A stretch of DNA of 64,000 nucleotides from Thermodesulfobacteriota bacterium (GTDB lineage: Bacteria > Desulfobacterota > WTBG01 > CAIYCZ01 > CAIRTM01). The position numbers and the translations under genes are program-made. Below the pieces are notes generated by a model. It made no database searches and was not told the origin of the DNA. It saw only the letters and a list, made by a program, of their open reading frames with translations. Below are positions 60,901-64,000 of the stretch, in pieces (positions within the stretch are counted from its first letter, which is position 1; each line of letters starts with the position of its first letter). The stretch covers positions 2,886 through 66,885 of the forward strand of contig JAOAHH010000052.1 in the NCBI GenBank assembly GCA_026415325.1, given 5' to 3'.

Positions 60901-61141
60901 CAAGCGGCAGGGAGGCGGCATACCATGCTTTCATCGTGTCGTTGGCAAAAAGGATTGTCAGATCAGGGGCAAGAACGGAAATGCCGTCCTGTATGCAGGC
61001 GAGGACGCTATGGAGAAAGCGATTCTCCTCTTTCAAAATCGAGGGGATGGGGTGAGGATCGTTGGCAGAGGGCGACTGGTGCGGTGTGCTTTTCGGTGAA
61101 GAACCATGTTCTGTTGTGGGGTTGTTTCTGCGCATAGACAT
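57911..61141 (-). CDS. hybrid sensor histidine kinase with ~5 PAS/PAC domains, HisKA, HATPase and C-terminal receiver
   Basis: H-box HDFNNILSAI, REC with DQTMPGMTG. Start set to ATG 61141, because the first 32 ORF-track codons are A/T-rich, promoter-like sequence. Confidence 0.85.
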   Translation of the reverse strand: MSMRRNNPTTEHGSSPKSTPHQSPSANDPHPIPSILKEENRFLHSVLACIQDGISVLAPDLTILFANDTMKAWYAASLPLEGKKCFQCYHHSDHPCNPCPSVRCLTSGMLESDIVPGPQGSAVTWLEVYSYPMKDDTGAVVAVVEFVRDISARREAELKLQWAVAELSEREQKLIGLNQELMATVQQLKASEESLRESEERYRTFYQELRDGCCAIDLQGRFIECNPAFERITGYTRDELLWMRYEDLTPPKWHEMERAILLNQVAVHGYSAPYEKEYRHKDGHVFPIELQAYIKKDTQGNHIGYWAFVRDLSERKQAEAERERLLAIFDATLDFISTALPDGRLQYINAPGKRLVGWDEDTPVTSRFIKDLHPAWAYSKIMQEGVPAAIRDGSWSGETALLHRNGKEIPVSQYIMSHKSSDGTLLYLSTVMRDITERKQAEEAIARSKQLLDRAQSIAQLGSWELDLATGTLYWSDELYRLLGYTPGEVSPSFDCILWHVHEEDRNSLLQLHQHAVEQMPREMEDERRIIRKNGELRTFTTRAIIERDITNKPVRVYGILQDVTEQRKMEHQLEQFAAAIQHAAETVMIMAADGSIQYINPAIEQLTGFTNAEVMGKNPFFTTHGIYTSDFYRSIWETLQSGNVWRGQMTNVDKTGKHYELDTVISPIRDAGGAVVGYVSLGRDITKELTLEQQLRHAQKMEAIGTLAGGIAHDFNNILSAIIGYTELAAEYAPETGNLRYNLAQILKAADRAKNLVQQILAFSRKSQIGHQPLVFAAIITEALKLLRPTLPSTITITTRIIDENAAIMGDPTQIQQVLINLATNAAHAMRDTGGTLTLAVETVLFDAEQAALFPETAPGEYVQLTVSDTGTGISPDIIDRIFDPFFTTKEVGQGSGMGLAVVHGIVKSHNGALRVESHVGQGTTFFIIFPKIHHSTSRQTEETPLVPHGTESVLLVDDEEDLLTVCSGILTSLGYRVTAAHTGAEALGMFLKRPESFDLVITDQTMPGMTGFDLAQKILAVRPSMPIILCTGYSETVSEDKARAIGIRGFVLKPFNRAELAATVRTALESTTGV

Positions 61142-61184
61142 GCGGGTCAAAATAATAATTCCCGATAATCCACTGGTAACAAGT

Positions 61185-64000
61185 TTAGTTAAAAATCCGT
61201 CGTATTTCCATAAAAATATTGGTATCTGACTGCCCATGATACGTTACGAGTAATTTATTATCAGGCGTGAAACGGAACCGACCGGGATCAGATGCAACCA
61301 GTGTAAGGATTTTATCAAGGTGTTCGCCTGCCTGTTCGTGGAAGGTGAAGACAAGGTGGTGCTGGGTCTGATCGACCGAAAGGATCATCCAGCGGCGCAG
61401 GATATGTTTTATCCGTGCCACGTCAAGCAGCGCTGCCACCTCAGGCGGCAACCTCCCGAACCGGTCTTCAAGCTCCTCGGCAATATCCTGCAGTTCTTCT
61501 ACGCCTGCACCAGCAATGCGCCGATACAGCACCAAACGCTGATTGACATCATCAATATAAGAATCGGGGATATACGCCTGAACCCGCAGATTGATTTCTG
61601 GTTCAAGCGCAATGGGTTGCGGCTCGCCTTTCAGTTTTGCAATTTCTTCAGTGAGCAGCTCCAGATACATATTCATGCCGACCGCTGCAATGTGGCCAGA
61701 TTGCGCATGCCCGAGGATGTTGCCGGCGCCTCGTATCTGCAGGTCGCGCGTTGCAAGCCGGTATCCTGAGCCGAGTTCGCTGAACTCTGAGAGTGCTTCA
61801 AGTCGTTTTTTGGCTTCGGGATTTAAAAGGTCTGCCGAAGGAACCAGAAGATATGCATAGGCGCGTATCTTCCCTCTGCCGACTCTGCCCCTGAGCTGGT
61901 ACATCTGGGCAAGCCCGAGGCGGTGGGCATTGTTGATGATGATGGTGTTTGCCGTAGGAAAGTCGAGTCCCGATTCAATAATGGTTGTGCAGAGCAGCAG
62001 GTCGATCTCGCGTTTGAGGAATTGCATCATCGCATGCTCCAGTTCGCGCACGTTCATCTGACCGTGGGCAATGCCAAGCCGTGCTTCTGGCACGAGCTTT
62101 TTTAAATATCCTGCCAGCGCATGGATTGACCTAACGCGGTCATGCACGAAAAATATCTGGCCGCCCCGCTTCAGCTCACGGAGGATTGCATCCCGAATGA
62201 TCATGTCGTCAAACCGGGTGATAATGGTTCTGATCGCAAGCCGGTCTTCGGGCGGTGTTTCGATCAGAGAAAAATCCCTAATGCCTGAGAGCGAAAACTG
62301 AAGCGTGCGCGGAATAGGGGTTGCCGTCAAGGTAAGCACGTCGACCGTGGCGCGGAGTTTTTTGAGATGTTCTTTGTCCTTGACGCCAAATCGGTGTTCT
62401 TCATCGATGACAATGAGACCGAGATCTTTAAAGTGCACGTCGCTTTGCAGCAGGCGGTGGGTGCCGATGATGATGTCGACCGTTCCTGCAGCAAGATCAC
62501 GCAGAATCATCTTTTGATCTGCTCTGGTTCGGAATCGGCTTAAAATTTCAATACGAATGGGATAGGGTTTGAAGCGTTCGGTAAATGTCTGGTAGTGCTG
62601 TTGGGCAAGGACGGTGGTCGGGACAAGCACCGCAACCTGTTTCCCGTCCATTGCAGCACGAAATGCAGCACGGAGTGCAACTTCGGTCTTCCCATAGCCG
62701 ACATCGCCGCAGATTAAGCGGTCCATGGGCATCGGGCGTGACATATCCCGCATCACATCCTCGATCGCTGCGAGCTGGTCGGGCGTTTCTTCGTATTGAA
62801 ACGAAGCTTCGAATTCGCGGTAATAATGGTCGGGAGGTGAAAACGCGTGACCGGTAAACACTTTCCGTGCCGAATAGAGTTCGATCAGATCGCGCGCTAT
62901 TTTCTCGATAGCCTCTCGTACCCGTGTCGTTGTTCGCACCCATGTCGTGCCGCCCAGCTTGTCGAGGTTCGGCACCGCGCCTTCGGTATGCACGTACTTA
63001 TTGATCAGATTGATGCGATCGACCGGTAGATACAGTTTGTCGCCGTCGCGATATTCGATTTTGAGATAATCTGCCCGCATGCCGCCTGCTTCAAGCGAGA
63101 CAAGCCCCCGGTACACGCCGATACCGTTGTCCCGGTGCACCACATAATCACCTTCAGCAAGATCGCCGAAGTCGGCTATCGCAATGCCCTCACGAATTCG
63201 TGAAGGCACAACGCGCCGTTTTTTCTCACCGAATAGTTCGTCTTCAGTGATGATGACGCGTAGGGTGTCCTCGCACCGGAATCCTCGTGCAAGTTCACCT
63301 TTGCAGATAATAACGGTGCGTGTGGCGGTGTCGCTTTCGGTGTCAATTTCAGCGAGGCACACTCGGGATGCAACGCCATAATCGGCAAGGAGCATCTTGA
63401 CGCGTTCGCACTGGCTGGCGGTACGGCAGATCAGCATAATAGCCATGCCGGCGTTCTTCCATTGTTCAAGTCTTGCCGCAAGCGATGCAAGGAGACCAGA
63501 TCGTGAATCACAGGCAATGAGTTCCGCGCGCACATCGTCATTTGAACGGGTGGTAAACGACACAGAAGGCAGATTGGGCTGCTCGATGTTCCACGATTCA
63601 ACAAAGACTTCCCGATAGTGCCGTGTCAGCTCTTTGATGCTGGTTGCCGGTACAAACACCTCTTCTGGCGGCGGCACAATTCGGCGTTCATCACAAGCCT
63701 CTGCATAGTGCGTAGAAACCTCCTCAGTAAAATCTGCCATGGCTTGTTCGATTGCTTGTCGGTCGTGCCAGCATATAATCGTCGTGTCCGGAAGATAGTC
63801 GTATAATGTGGCAAGATGCGGATAAAGGAACGCAAGACAGTAATCGATACCCGAAGGCAAAAAACCTTTATCGATGCAGTCGAACAGGGTTCTCCCTTTG
63901 GCTGAGGAAAACAAGTCGGCATATGGCGGTGTCAGTGCACGACGCCGAAACCCCTCGAGCACTGCTTCGCTCATAATGGCTTCTCTGACTGGGATAAGCG
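61185..64000 (-). CDS. mfd: transcription-repair coupling factor Mfd (5'-truncated by the window edge)
   Basis: RecG-like helicase motifs ([17 protein letters not shown]), TRG motif and C-terminal D7. The N-terminal UvrB-homology region lies outside the window. Confidence 0.9.
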   Translation of the reverse strand, partial: LIPVREAIMSEAVLEGFRRRALTPPYADLFSSAKGRTLFDCIDKGFLPSGIDYCLAFLYPHLATLYDYLPDTTIICWHDRQAIEQAMADFTEEVSTHYAEACDERRIVPPPEEVFVPATSIKELTRHYREVFVESWNIEQPNLPSVSFTTRSNDDVRAELIACDSRSGLLASLAARLEQWKNAGMAIMLICRTASQCERVKMLLADYGVASRVCLAEIDTESDTATRTVIICKGELARGFRCEDTLRVIITEDELFGEKKRRVVPSRIREGIAIADFGDLAEGDYVVHRDNGIGVYRGLVSLEAGGMRADYLKIEYRDGDKLYLPVDRINLINKYVHTEGAVPNLDKLGGTTWVRTTTRVREAIEKIARDLIELYSARKVFTGHAFSPPDHYYREFEASFQYEETPDQLAAIEDVMRDMSRPMPMDRLICGDVGYGKTEVALRAAFRAAMDGKQVAVLVPTTVLAQQHYQTFTERFKPYPIRIEILSRFRTRADQKMILRDLAAGTVDIIIGTHRLLQSDVHFKDLGLIVIDEEHRFGVKDKEHLKKLRATVDVLTLTATPIPRTLQFSLSGIRDFSLIETPPEDRLAIRTIITRFDDMIIRDAILRELKRGGQIFFVHDRVRSIHALAGYLKKLVPEARLGIAHGQMNVRELEHAMMQFLKREIDLLLCTTIIESGLDFPTANTIIINNAHRLGLAQMYQLRGRVGRGKIRAYAYLLVPSADLLNPEAKKRLEALSEFSELGSGYRLATRDLQIRGAGNILGHAQSGHIAAVGMNMYLELLTEEIAKLKGEPQPIALEPEINLRVQAYIPDSYIDDVNQRLVLYRRIAGAGVEELQDIAEELEDRFGRLPPEVAALLDVARIKHILRRWMILSVDQTQHHLVFTFHEQAGEHLDKILTLVASDPGRFRFTPDNKLLVTYHGQSDTNIFMEIRRIFN

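Overview
This is a 64-kb, GC-rich (~58-60% by eye) bacterial chromosomal segment, almost entirely core housekeeping genome. No CRISPR array, insertion sequence, integrase or recognisable defence island is visible. The most unusual candidates are an orphan promoter-hairpin-terminator unit (24349-25056), a c-di-GMP signalling module (41308-43782) and an AT-rich, tRNA-Pro-associated island (44187-44770).

I call about 55 protein genes, two tRNAs and several promoter/terminator elements, all read from the supplied ORF translations and the raw sequence.

Recognisable blocks are:
- thiDN-thiC, then pgsA-coaBC-UDG4.
- rimP-nusA-infB-DUF503-rbfA-truB-rpsO-pnp, followed by an M16 peptidase.
- xseA-xseB-ispA-dxs-tlyA on the minus strand.
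- moxR-DUF58-BatD-like-batA-batB on the minus strand.
- rpoH-dnaJ, uvrB, cysS, ispF, ispD and carD on the minus strand.
- A c-di-GMP signalling trio (41615-43782).
- tRNA-Pro with an adjacent AT-rich island.
- Two large multi-PAS hybrid histidine kinases.
- A DevCAB-like ABC exporter next to a degenerate B12-binding-domain protein.
- A truncated mfd at the right edge.

The gene order of the nusA-pnp and xseA-dxs blocks resembles Geobacter/Desulfuromonadota genomes, but that placement is inference only.

The most interesting non-obvious signals are:
- An orphan near-consensus sigma-70 promoter in the 700-bp xseA/PBP gap. It drives a ~150-nt candidate RNA closed by a perfect 14-bp helix built from Shine-Dalgarno and anti-SD-like sequence plus a U-tract. 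A second bidirectional terminator follows.
- A translationally coupled c-di-GMP module (a small DUF3391-like protein, an HDOD protein and a pseudo-receiver-GGDEF protein with a GGDDF motif), with a palindrome overlapping its promoter.
- A ~330-bp extremely AT-rich island between tRNA-Pro and an excisionase-family HTH/LapA-like gene pair.
- A Rho_N-like, cysteine-rich 65-aa protein.
- A B12-binding-fold protein lacking the canonical His ligands, sitting upstream of the exporter.

Nothing here can be confirmed without database searches, which I could not run.
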